Part shown: positions 14,907-26,813 of the stretch, in pieces
Numbering within the stretch: the first letter of the stretch is position 1
Layout of the letters: each line of letters begins with the position of its first letter
Source: Trichodelitschia bisporula
Taxonomy: Eukaryota
Reading direction: 5' to 3'
Length of the DNA: 64,000 bases
NCBI GenBank assembly: GCA_010356995.1
Contig: ML996688.1
Location: 310,001 to 374,000 of the forward strand
The notes under the pieces: model-generated
Database searches by the model: none
Told to the model about the DNA's origin: nothing
Seen by the model: only the letters and a program-made list of their open reading frames with translations
Position numbers and translations under genes: made by a program

Positions 14907-16357
14907 TACACCACAACCGCCCCCAGAGCGCCCCCTCCCCCCGCAACAAAGCCACGCTCTGAAATCCGCCCTCCTCGCCCTCATCAAGCACCCAGACCGT
15001 ATCTCAATCCGCCTTCGCTCCATCGCCACGGACGCAAGTCACGTCGCCGCCCTCCCCTCCACCTACAAACTTCCCCTCATCCCCAACGAGCGCTGCGGAA
15101 CATGGTACATCCCGTCCTCCCTTCTCATCCCGGGCACCGGGCCCGCATACTTCAAATCCACAGACGGTCACACCGGGGAATGGTCCTTCAGTCTCCGTCG
15201 TTTAAACCTCGGTGTTTTGGAAACCGTGGCAGCGTATGAGGGTGCGATTGTGGTGGATAGTAGCAAGGGGAAGAGCGTGTCGGATGCGTTGAGTAAGACT
15301 ATCCCGATATGGGTTGGGGTGTGGAATCGGGTGCTGTTTCCGGAACGGGAGGATGCGCATGCGCTGCGCTTTCCGGAGGGGGTGGTGAGTCTGAGTGACG
15401 CCGCTCAAATCGAAGAGCGGATGCCGGGCTTCGTCGAGGAGCTCAAGGTACCTCCTCCCTCCTCCCAAACTATCCCTAACTAATCCTCCTCTTTAGGCGC
15501 TTAACCTCCCCCTCCCCTCCCTCGACCTCCCCCTGATACCAATCCACATCACGCCCTTAACACCCCTTCCTCCCTCCCCCCCCTCTCATCCCGACTTCTT
15601 ACCCCTCTACCTCTACACCGCCTCCACTACCCTCCCTCCCGCACCCCTCACGCCGGAGACATACATCCAAGGCGCAGCCGATGACGCCGAGGCCTGGTGT
15701 ATCGGGCTGACACCCTGGCTCTTTTGGTCCCACAAGGACACACTCCTGTCCACGCCCGAACCGGACCTGCCCGGCTTGATCGCGGAACTCGTAGCCAGCG
15801 CTCCACCGCCGGAGGAGGGCATTACGCGGTTAACCCCGTGGCTGTCGCTCGGTCCGCTCTCCGCACTCCCGGACCTAAATACAGCACCGGCGGCGCTGCT
15901 CATCCTCGGGTCAGCTCAAGCACTAATGATGCAGGGGGCGAAATACCTCTCCGTCCCCCTCCTCCCGAATCCCAAAGTCGCCCAGCGCCAGCTCCGGCGG
16001 TCCTACTCATGCATAGCGAGGTTTCTCACGCCGCACCTGCTTCGCATACCCTACGTCCCGCTCTCCGCCACCAACCCATCATCGACGGGCACGCCCATCC
16101 CACCCTCCTCGGACGCAGAGCAAGAGATCCCTCAGATCCTAATCCTCTCCCCTTCGCCCTCGGACTTAGGCAGCGCAACCGCCTTGTTAGCCACGTGTCT
16201 GCACGAGCGACTCGTAGGAGGCGAGGTACAGACCAAGGAAAGGATAAGGATGCGTCTTGCGCATCTTGTTGCGGTGTGGGAGGGCGTGAGGCCGGCGAGG
16301 GCGAGTGTGGTGGGCGTGGGGGAGTATTTGATGAGGAGAGATGGTGAGGTTGGGTAG
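14818..16357 (+). CDS. RIT1: Initiator tRNA A64 2'-O-ribosylphosphate transferase, 2 exons
   Basis: RLRSIATD, PNERCGTWY, AYFKSTDGHTGEWSFSLRRLNL, VVDSSKGKSVSDALSKTIPIW. Intron 15448-15496 joins in frame to YIQGAADDAEAW..GLTPWLFW and ORF 15776-16357. The start codon lies inside the minisatellite, so its exact position is uncertain. Confidence 0.92.
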
Positions 16358-19300
16358 GTTCGTGGAGGGCAGTGAGATGCATGAATGGAAAGATTGCGGA
16401 TTGGATTGAGATGCTGAGACGTAGATGATACCCGGAACTGGAAAGGAAATGGTGCATCTGCTTCACCAAAAGAGCTCGCGTAATGGAAGCATAGACTTGA
16501 CAACGGGCAATAACTACGTTGTGAAGTGAACGATGATGAACAGGATGAAAGAGGAGAGAGTCAGAGACGCTCGAGACTGAACTCCTTGTGGGTGCCTGGT
16601 ATCCTCCGATGCTCCTTCCTCCCCTTCGTGCGCACATTACATCATGTGCGCCCTTCCCTTGCCTACGTCCCTTCCCAAGACTGATATGCTCCTTCCAACG
16701 GTAAATATGATGCCCTGGTGATGTACACGTCTCTATGCCCTACGTATTATATGCCTCAAGTGTCTCTACCAGCGTACGGTAGATGACATCAAATGGAGTG
16801 GCAGGTAGTGCCTGGATCTGGAAAGGAATATCACATCTACTTTGGCAGAGGAGAGCATAAATCACACCGAGTGATACTAAACCATCTCCAATATTGGAGC
16901 ACTGCAAGATGACACAAGCAAGCACATGAGAATGTCCATTTCGATCCCCTTTCACCCACCCACCTCCGACTCAAGCACACCCACGTGACACCACAGCATC
17001 GCAAACCTCCCTTCAAAGCACAAACGCCAACATGTCCTCCCTTATGGATCCGCTCACACCACGCTGGCGGGAATCATTGGCCGGCAATAACTCCTTGACC
17101 ATTGACGTAGGGGTCCGAGAAAAGTAGCATCATACAACACAGCGAGTTCACACGCGAGTGCGCAAGTCTTGCTATCCCTGGTGCCCGATAAACAGTCAGA
17201 GAGTTGCGGCTGCTTGACGTGTTAACTAGTTTTGGCGACGAGGAATCGAGATCATGCTTGACGGCGATCGTGATGCCGATTTTGGCGGGCGACAGCAGTA
17301 CAACAGGCCTGTGAAAGATGGTGGCCTCGATGGAAAGCTTTGACGTCAAGCCTTGACGGGAAGCCCCGACGTCAGACCCCAAGCCACAGCCTCACGGCGC
17401 ATGAATTATCGTCAGTGACGATATGTGCCGCTCCGTCGTGTACATCCGGGGTTGACGTTCGCGACCGCCGACTCCGGAGGCATTGACGCAGCCATGTCTA
17501 TTGCCTCGAGTCATGTCTATTGCCTCGAGGCTTGCTCTTGTCTCCGCCTCCATCTCCTCGACCTCGCCACCACGGTCTACGTCCGATTCTCGCAAAGGCC
17601 CTTGACGTCTGCCTCTCTAGACCCTCCGCCCGCTCCGCGGTCGTCGAGGCGGAGCATGGGGCAGAGTGTGAGCTGGCACGGCGCGAACAACGCGGCTAAT
17701 GCGGCCGGGGCGGACGGCCCAATCAGCGGTCGGCATGGGGGCGGGAGCCGCGACTTTGTGCTGTGCTGCCAGCGCAGATGTCGTGGGGTGGGAGCGAGGA
17801 GGCGTGCGGAGCTGGGGGGCCCGAGGGTGGTTTGGAGGGTTGCGTGATGTGTGATGGATGGGGTGTGGGAGGGGTTTTTACTGTAGTATACAAGTAGGAG
17901 AGTGGAGGTGGGTGGTGGGGGCGGTAAGTTGTGCTTTTGTGCTCTGTCTTTATACCGCGCTTCTGTGAGAGGCTATACGAAGAATCTAGTGTTAAGTGAT
18001 CAGAGGAGTTACGACGAGAGTGGGATTGCGGCTTTGGACGACGTTACCTTGGTGTATCATCGAGACTTCGAGCATCGCGAGGCAGACTTCAGGCACCAAT
18101 CAGCGACAAACGACCGACGAACCAACGACGGACTCACTGCCAGAACGACGGGCGCCATCAATTTCGTGCATCTGCTCTCCACGCTTACCTGTTGACCGGA
18201 GCCGAGTACCCCTTCTCTTCCGCCTGTCCCGCTCAGTCACAGCGTCGGAATTGCACTGTTTCAAGTACAATTATCGAGGCATCGGAACGGACATCAAGGA
18301 CAGAGACACGGCGCAAGGTCACCAGTCAAGTCTCGGCGGCTCGACGAGTTCTCAAGGCTTAGGCGTCACAGCGACTCCGATAGGCTCAATCCACAGACGA
18401 CGTCGTCTCCAACCACTGTCCGGCAACTCAGTTGACGTCTTCCTACGGTCTTCTGTCCAGTGATAGGCAACAGAGCCAGCAGAGCGGGGAGAACGAAATC
18501 ACTTTTCCACCGCCCACTCTCCCACACGCAAGAGATCATCGGCACCCTGGACGGGACGATCAACCACCACCTCAAAGTCCAAGCATCACGCAAAAGGTAA
18601 ACAATCCCCAATCACAAATCCTGCCTTGCGACGACAGCAAAAAAGAAGTCGCAAGAACAACCTACCACACATCATCCACCAACCTCCCCCACCGCCACCT
18701 CTTTTCATCTTCCCCTCCTCCCATCCCACCATCCCCCACAAATCTCACCTCCCCATCGATGACGCGACGCCTCTCGAAACTCTGATCCACACAACACACC
18801 ACACACACGCGCGCTAACTGCTTCCCATCTTCTCCCCTCCCCAGCTCCCACCCCCTCCATCCCATCAGCTGCCTTGTTCATCCCTCACCCCCATCAACCA
18901 ACCCATCCTGACCATCCCGTCTGCCCTATTTCGCCCTCGTCCAATCCCTTCCCAACACTCCGGGAGAATATTCGTGTCGTTGGCTCTCCAGGCACAGGTA
19001 CGATCGAAAACCCTTGGCCCATCTGTACAACCCTCACCAAAGCCATCATCAAGCCATCCAAAAAGTGTTCAACCGCCATCTGGAAGAAAAAATCACTGAG
19101 AAAGGAGCTTTCGAGAAGGAAAAACCAACATTGCGCCTTGATCTCGTTTCTCACCGCTTCTAACCGCCTACCCACACACCCCTCCCACGCACCCCCAAAG
19201 CGCTGCAGCTTCCCCTTCCACCTCCCACTCCACTCGCGCGCACACGCACACCCCCGTTACCAACCATCCCCTTCGCAGCTTTTCGCGGCTATCGACAGCT

Positions 19301-19445
19301 ATCCTGCGTCCGGCGCACGACCACCTCCTCAGCGGCTCGCCACAACCCCGCCCAAAGCCCCATCTCGGCCACTCGCACATCGTCAAGGAACCCTGAAATC
19401 AACCCGAACAAAACAAAGTAGAAGAACAAACCAGCGCGCCCCGCA

Positions 19446-20858
19446 ATGGACGCGAAGATGCGTGGTCACCAGCAACCCGTGCAGCAGCAGCAGGCCCAGC
19501 AGCAGGCGGGCCCGCGCAAGTATGATGGTCAGAATGGGAACCCGCTGTATGACCCGTCTCTCGGTGGTCACTATGGTACGCGTCTCCTCCCCTCCTCCCC
19601 TCTTGCGCATCGTCGCCTTGCCGCCTGGTGTCTTCTCGCTACCGTAATGATGCTTTGGCGCGCGGAACTGTCGCGCGCTGATTGAGATGACGAAATCAAC
19701 CCCGCTAACGTTTGATCGTTGCAAACAGGTGCCTGCCAGAAAGTACGTTTCTCTCCCCACGAAGACGTGCGTCGCGTCGCATCTTCCGTGTCCCTCCCTA
19801 CCCCAGCTCCGCTTCCTGCGCCATGACGTTTGGTGGACCGGCCCGTAGCCAGATGCTGATTGTTTGGTTCAGATTGCCCTTGCCAATGCTGCTCCGCCGC
19901 CAGAGGTGTTTACCGGAACATGGGCAAATGTGGGTCCCACAGGCTGCGAGATGCCTCTTGATAGTGGGTTGGATATTGACGCGCGTGCTAGGTGTCGCAA
20001 GGTCTGAGTGGCCAGTCGCAGGAGATCCTAAACGTCTACTGGCAGAACCAGGTTACGAAGCTGGAGACCGAGGACCACGACTTTAAGATGCACCAGCTGC
20101 CGCTGGCGCGCATCAAGAAGGTCATGAAGGCTGACCCCGAGGTCAAGATGATCTCGGCTGAGGCGCCCATCCTGTTTGCCAAGGGTTGCGACATCTTCAT
20201 CACGGAGCTGACCATGCGCGCTTGGATACATGCCGAGGAGAACAAACGCCGCACGCTGCAGCGGTCCGATATCGCGTCAGCGCTCGCCAAGTCGGACATG
20301 TTTGATTTTCTCATTGACATCGTCCCCCGAGAGGAGGCGGCGTCGAACCGAAGAGGTGGCCACGGCAGCTCGGCACAGCAGCCCTCGGCCGCGGCCGCCC
20401 TCCCCCAGGGTGCCGTGCCGCAGCCAGGTGTTCACGCGCAGCCGCAGATGGCGCCGTCCGAGTATGGTCTGGACCCCCACATGGCGCCGCAAGGCATGTA
20501 TCCCGGAGCCGTGCAGCAGGCGCCCGACCCGTCGGCAGCATACCAGTACCAAACGCAGATCTTCGACCAAGGAATGTACGGCTACGGCATCCCGCAGCAG
20601 CCGGTAAGTGGATTTTAGGTGTTATGTTCGACGCGGTTGTTGAGGCTGATGGTGTTGATTCAGATGCATCACCCTGCGGCGGTCCAGCAGCGTGCCTCTG
20701 ATGCTGAGGGCGATGCGGACGCCGAGGGTGAGAGGGAGGAGTACGTGACGTAGCTTTGACCGCTGACTTTGCCTTTCTTTCACCGCAGAGCCGAATCAAC
20801 GAGTAACGCGTTCGCGCACCAAGGCGCGTCCCGCGGAGCCGGCTCCTTCCGATGTTGA
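19446..20858 (+). CDS. HAP5: CCAAT-binding complex subunit HapE/Hap5 (NF-YC histone fold), ~6 exons
   Basis: Exons 19446-19575 (..[11 protein letters not shown]), 19729-19742, 19873-19929 (..VFTGTWAN), 19992-20603 ([57 protein letters not shown]). The 3' exons are uncertain: stop at 20753 if unspliced, ~20858 if the last intron is removed. Confidence 0.95.
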
Positions 20859-22200
20859 CCCGTCGCTATTGACCCTCTCGCCCTAGGTCAAGTTCTTACA
20901 GCGTATTCACGGCACGAGGGTTTCCGATTCTTGATATTCAAAAAATCGTAGGGTTCAGGGATTGGGCTTGTTTTCGGCAGCGTGGGGCGGCTAATGGCGG
21001 GATGTGGACGGGGGATGATTGCTGGAGCATGCCAGTGCCATGGGATCCGTGATGAATGACGAAAGAATTGAATTGAGTTTGCCGTTTGGGAGGACATGGA
21101 ATGGGGATTGTTACTGTGTTCACGGGTTTTGGCGTTTGCGATTGCCTCGTTTGAGTCTTGAGTCATTGTACCTTGCTCGTTTTTCTTTTAAAGAAGGACA
21201 ATGGTCTTCCTCTGTCACTATCTCTGTTCCCGAATGACTCTTTTTTCTCCCGGATGGGGAGTAGTTCGGGATGGGGTCTTTTTGGGTCCTCTTGCTTTCT
21301 ATATACTGGAGGTGTGCCTTGGGCTCAGCGACGGGGCCCGCTCGAACGGGAGGCGGGCTGGGGTCGGATGGGTTCGGGGCGAGCCGATCGAGGCGTAGCA
21401 TACACCAATGACGAAGTCGGGGGATTGTATCTGTTCAATCTCGAAGCAATCTCGTGAAGGCGCATAGTTCATTGGTCAAGCTGAGGCCGTACCTGCGTTT
21501 CCGCGGTTGAGGGCGCCATTTCAGCCTTTCCGACTCTCGCCGTGTGGGACGCGAATTGTCGGGCTGGGGAAAGGACGGAGTGGGCTACGGCCCTGACGCT
21601 TTTTGGTTCCCGAGGCTTGACATCATAGTCGACGGGAGCCAGGGGCGGATCGCGTGGGTTCAATTGGAGCGCTCGTAAGGGAATATCAGTTGGATAGCCG
21701 AGAGGAGTATCTCGGGAGCCGTTCTGCTCGAGGTACTGTCTTACCTAAGCACCGCTGGCTCACTCAGGTCCGCGATGCGGTGTGCGCGAGCGTGCGTTGG
21801 AGGGCTCCGACGTATCAGTCACACCATGGCGCGGGAGGCAGGTTCGACTGGATCTCTGGGTCATTGTTGCTTTCTTTGCCTGCGGGGTGGGGGAACGTAG
21901 CACATGCGCTGAGGAGTGGGGGGGAAGAGCGAAGGTACAAGCTGCGGGGTTTCTAAATGGTGAGTGGGTGGGTGCCGATTGCTCTTTGCTTGCTCGCTGC
22001 TTGCTGGGCATTTAAATACCCCGCGGCGGCACCCCACCTTCTCCTGCTTCTTCTCCTGCTTCTCTCCTGCTTCTTCTCTTGAACAACCCCACCTTGACAA
22101 TCTCCTCTCCACCCCGCATCTTCTTCCGCAACCTCCCGATCCTTCAACTATTCTTCTTCGTTCCTGTGCTTCTTTCAATCACCAAAGTCACATCGTCATC

Positions 22201-23489
22201 ATGGTTAAGGCGGGTATGGTTGGCTGGTCTGATGGCGGGGTGGAGCTGAGCTGACGGTCGTGCAGTTGTTGCTGGAGCTTCAGGCGGCATTGGCCAGGTT
22301 GGTTTTCCATTGTTATGAGCTGTTGAGTGCAGTTGCTAACGGCCATGGTAGCCTCTCTCCCTGCTGCTCAAGATCTCTCCCCTCGTCGATGAGCTGTCGC
22401 TGTACGATGTTGTGAACACCCCTGGCGTGGCCACCGACCTTTCTCACATCTCGTCGCCTGCGGTATGTGTTACCCCCGCAAGAATCAAGGGAGAGTTGCT
22501 AAGATTGGTAGACGACTGCTGGCTATCTGCCTCAGGAAGATGGCCTGAAGAAGGCGTTCACCGGTGCTGACATTGTCGTAATCCCGGCCGGCATTCCCCG
22601 TAAGCTTCGATGGCGATTGTGAAGCATCGTTTCTCACCTTCGTGTAGGCAAGCCGGGAATGACCCGTGATGACCTCTTCAAGATCAACGCCGGCATCGTT
22701 CGTGACCTGGTCAAGGGTGTTGCCGAGTACTGCCCGAATGCCTTTGTCCTCATCATCTCGAACCCCGTCAACTCGACTGTTCCGATCGCTGCTGAGGTCC
22801 TGAAGAACGCCGGTGTCTTCAACCCCAAGAAGCTGTTCGGTGTCACCACTCTGGATGTCGTCCGTGCTGAGACCTTCGTCGCCGAGATCGTTGGCGAGAA
22901 GAACCCGGCGAAGCTTACGATCCCGGTCATCGGCGGTCACTCCGGCGAGACGATCGTTCCCCTGTTCTCCCAGGCGTCGCCGAAGGTGAACATCCCGGCT
23001 GACCAGCTGGATGCTCTCACCAAGCGTATCCAGTTCGGCGGTGACGAGGTTGTCCAGGCCAAGGGTGGTTTGGGATCGGCTACGCTGTCGATGGCCTATG
23101 CTGGTTTCCGGTAAGTAGTATTATCGGCTTCCAGTATGAATGACGCTGACAATGTAGGTTTGCGGAGAAAGTCATTAAGGCGTCCAAGGGTGAGACTGGT
23201 ATCGTCGAGCCCTCGTTCGTGTACCTTCCTGGCGTCGAGGGCGGCGATGCCGTCCAGAAGATCACCAACTGCGACTTCTTCTCAGTGCCGGTCGAGCTCG
23301 GCGTAAGTTTTCTGTTGATGGATGGGTATGCGCATGCTAACACCATCACAGACCGAGGGTGTCAAGTCGGTGGCGAATATTGTGGCCAACGCTAACGACT
23401 ACGAGAAGAAGCTGCTTGAGGCGGCGTACACTGGTCTCGGGGGCAACATTGCGAAGGGCGTGGAGTTCATCAAGAACCCCCCGGCCTAA
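22201..23489 (+). CDS. MDH: NAD-dependent malate dehydrogenase lacking a mitochondrial presequence (cytosolic type), 7 exons
   Basis: [108 protein letters not shown]; ends [12 protein letters not shown]-like TTTAAATA at ~22011. Confidence 0.96.
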
Positions 23490-23625
23490 GCGACGAATCT
23501 CCAAAAGCTCTTGTAGTTAGCATGTGCGACATAGATGGAAATGATGCCGTGATGCTCTGATGTGGTTGAGGTGACTCTATTGCGTTCATGATCCGCTTCC
23601 CATGTTTGGCTTCCATCACAACATC

Positions 23626-23717
23626 GGCAAGATGGCCGAGCGGTCTAAGGCGCCAGCTTCAGGTTTCCCAATCTGCTGGTCTTGAAAAAGGCGTGGGTTC
23701 GAATCCCACTCTTGTCA
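23626..23717 (+). tRNA. tRNA-Leu (anticodon CAG) with a 10-nt intron
   Basis: Acceptor GGCAAGA/TCTTGTC + A73; D arm GCCGAGCGGTCTAAGGC; anticodon stem CCAGC/GCTGG with loop TT-CAG-G; intron 23664-23673 after position 37; long variable arm; T arm GTGGG-TTCGAAT-CCCAC; TTTTT Pol III terminator just downstream. Confidence 0.95.
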
Positions 23718-24093
23718 ACAGCTTTTTGTCCGTTTGATAGGGAAGGATTGAGTTCGAATGCTCTTTTTGGTGGGTGGAAAGGGACCGCAACGGCAAGGTA
23801 CCTTATTGCCCCGGGGGTGGCATGGTGGCATGCTACGTTAGTATCACATCGGAGACATACGGGAAGGACAGTGCTTCAGAACCATCGCAAGCACACATTG
23901 TGGATATCATCAAAGGAAATACCGTAACTGCATTACCTCCCCAGAGCCATATCCCCCGCAACCAACCAGCACTAGCCAGTCAAAGCAACCGGCACAAGAG
24001 CCCCAGATCAGTTCTATCACGAGGTGTAGAGACGCCCGACCGCCCACCCTTGTCTCTACACCTCATAGGGAAATGACAAAAGTCTTGACAAAC

Positions 24094-24979
24094 TTAAGCT
24101 CCCTCCTGACCCTGAACTCCGCCGGCACCCTCCTCTTGATTCTGATTCTGGTCCAAGCTGTTCTGTCCCTCAACCCAAGTCCGCACCCGCTTCGACACAC
24201 GCGGCGCATGATCGTCCCCATCCCCATCCCCGTTCTCATCATCTTCATCGCGCGGCCGCTTCCCCAGGCTCGAACGCTTTGTGATAAGCTCGCTCCCAGC
24301 GGCCTCCTTGTCGTCGGCGGGATCTCCTTGCTGCGCCGACGACGAGTGTGCCTGGCCCTCGCCCAGCCCGGTGATGCGCACGGTGGCATCGCTGCCGGGC
24401 GGCGTGATATGCGGCTCGGCCTCGCTCTCGGGCTTGGGCTCAGCCTCGGGCTCGGACTCGACCATGCCTATCGGACCGGTGTAGAAGCCTGGCAGCGCGG
24501 CATTTTCGTCTGCGATCATGTAGTTGAGGGCGTTGATCCAGGAGAGGTATGAGGGTTGGGCGGGCGCTGGGGGGGCTAGTTTTACATTAATTTGAGGGGT
24601 GGGTGGTGGGAAGGGGTTACGTACGCTCGTCGGTGTCGAGTGCCATCATGTCGGCATCTTGCGCGGGGACCTCGTCGTCGGCGTCTGCCACGGCGACGCC
24701 CCTGTTGCAAGTTAGCAGTTGCGTTTGGGCGTACAATGGTATAGGGGTGGAAAGTGATAAACAAACAGAGCGAACGTACTCAGCCGGAGCCCAGAGCTCA
24801 GGAATCAAGTCCCCGTCCCTCACCTCCACGAGCCGATCGACCAGGTTCTGCAGTATCTCGCGCCGATTGGGAGCCGACGCGACGCCGCGGAACTCGGGCC
24901 AGGTGGACGCCATTTCGGCGAGGGCGATGATGAAGGCCTTTTCGGCCTCGTTGACGGGCTTGGAAGATTGCGATGGCAT
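24094..24979 (-). CDS. Hypothetical acidic protein, 3 exons, unassigned
   Basis: ATG 24979 MPSQSSKPVNEAEKAFIIALAEMASTW...WAPAE. A GTACGT..CTAAC..CAG intron, a short acidic exon, a second GTACGT intron, then the 141-aa ORF ending at 24094 (contains SLGKRPRDEDD). No family recognised. Confidence 0.6.
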
Positions 24980-25413
24980 GGTTTTGGGTTGTGGTGTTGA
25001 TGTGGGGGGGGAGGAATTTTGGAGGGTGCGTAGGGGGGAGCGTATATGGCGTCGATGTTGTTGCCAAGAAGAGAAGTCCGTGGGTGAGATGTGGGTATAC
25101 GTTCTGTCGGTGCTGTCGCAACTGGTTGGGGATGGTAAGGCTAGAACGGGACTATTGCCTTTCGTCCCATCTCGCTGGCAGAAGAGAGGTACGAGTAATA
25201 TATACTCCAGATGGCATAGGATGTCGTAACCAAAATGCTGTTTATACACAGGCAGGGCCACTACAGATGTTAACCTTGTGGACATAACATGGAAGCAACT
25301 TACAACTTGGGTATCGGTAGAGACATGACATACATTCATCATTCGTATCTACATCCAGACGCAGACTCCAAAGCACCGACGCTGCCAATGGCTAAGACCA
25401 CACAATGGCATGC

Positions 25414-26213
25414 TCAAGGCTTCGCCCCGATCGAGCGGATCTGGAACGTAGCGCTTGGGATCTCTGAGCACTCGGCTTGGACGGTGGCATTGATGCCCAT
25501 AGCAGCGAGCGCACCGCGGATGACCCCGGCCGGGAAGTAGAGGAACTAGAATGCGTAAGCGGTGATCTCCAGAACTGAAGCATTGTACATACCGGTTGTG
25601 CCTGAGCCATCATCCCATCACGCCCCCTCTCAAGACTCATCTTCGTAAGCGGTTTGAACGTGTTGTCAGTGAGCACATAAATGCCCTGCCCATATCAGCA
25701 CCAGCCAAACACGGCGCCATCCTCGAACATACCCGGTGATTCGTCTTCAAGTTATCAATCTGCTTCCGAAACACAATGACCCAAAGGTCCTTACACAAGA
25801 ACTTGATCGCATCAAGCGTATCCGTGAACCGGGGCTTATCCCGCGAGAACCTGCATTCATCAGCACAATCCCACAAGCACACACAGGACATCCACATACC
25901 GCTCAACCAGTCCTAATCCCACGCGATACCCCAGCGACTCGAGCCTGAAAAACACCTGCTCGCGCGTCTCATCCTCATCCATGCCCGCGACGCTCCCGCC
26001 TATGCCCCCAATACCGAACCCCGACGTCATGCTCTCCACTTCCTTAGGCACCTTGTTCCCCAGCCACTCCTGCTCGCGCGTCGCAAGCTCAGCAGCCATG
26101 CGGTACGCCATAGGCACAAGTTCAATAAGGAGGAACTCAAAGCACGAGGCGTTGACATATGTCGCATAGGGATCGTTCGAGGGAAGCGACGCTTGAGGGT
26201 TTTCGAAGGCCAT
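25414..26213 (-). CDS. TRS33: TRAPP complex subunit Trs33 (Bet3 family), ~4 exons
   Basis: VNASCFEFLLIELV, RLESLGYRVGLGLVER|FSRDKPRFTDTLDAIKFLCKDLW..FRKQIDNLKTNHR|GIYVLTDNTFKPL, FLYFPAGVIRGALAAMGI, TFQIRSIGAKP*. Confidence 0.93.
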
Positions 26214-26813
26214 TGTGAGGGGAAGTGGGGGGGGTTTGAAGTGTAGGTCGAAGGATATTGGGGAGCGGGAGAAAGAAGAGGACGCGCCGCGTTTATTGAG
26301 CTGGTCAGGTAACCGTATCGATAAGCGAGTCTTCGAGCTTGGCTTGTTGTTCGGTGTCAATCTTTTGAGGCAGTTGCGATGAAGTGAGGTACCCCGGAAT
26401 ATCTTTAAGCCACATCAAGGGCGCCACATTTTAACCTCCTTGGCCCAAGCTTCCAACGAAGCATCACGACGCCGGAAGGCCCGAGCGCAGAGGCAGCAAG
26501 GCTGAATATTCCGAAGCTACACTTCAGTCACAGGTAGCCTCAACACAATAGAGGATGAAACTGAACACTTCTGGTAGCACTTAAGAGATTATCATCACAT
26601 CACAACACACAACTAGACACAGAAAATCGTCCTAACAATAGGTTCATTTCCATCCATCTAAGGGTATTCACTTTTGACAACAACGACCGCGAGGCCCCAC
26701 CGAACAAAATCCAATGCAAAACGCCGAAGACATTAAAGCCACCGTCTACCGTCTATACCAAGCCCTTCCCAGGCATCCCATCATCCCACTATCCGTTCTA
26801 AGGGTATCACAAT

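Noticed and set aside
18759..18785. 8-codon ORF MTRRLSKL ending in SKL, ~660 nt upstream of HAP5
   Set aside because: Too short to be meaningful, and no spliced upstream exons could be built. It may be a uORF, but the SKL is probably chance.
17030..18800. Scattered 100-155 aa ORFs and an 18-bp tandem duplication (17493-17529) between RIT1 and HAP5
   Set aside because: The ORFs are in different frames, with no recognisable family and no consistent splice model.
21964..22200. Open frame upstream of MDH as a possible targeting extension
   Set aside because: It starts at a GTG upstream of the TATA-like box, has no in-frame CTG after that box and no PTS2 match. A pyrimidine-rich leader naturally lacks stops.
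23487..23560. Cryptic PTS1 in MDH by readthrough or an alternative frame
   Set aside because: Readthrough of TAA gives ATNLQKLL*, and neither other frame ends in a PTS1.
23651..23680. CTTCAGG in the tRNA could be read as a TCA (Sec/opal suppressor) anticodon
   Set aside because: Counting from the D arm places the stem at CCAGC/GCTGG and the anticodon at CAG; A73 and the variable arm fit Leu.
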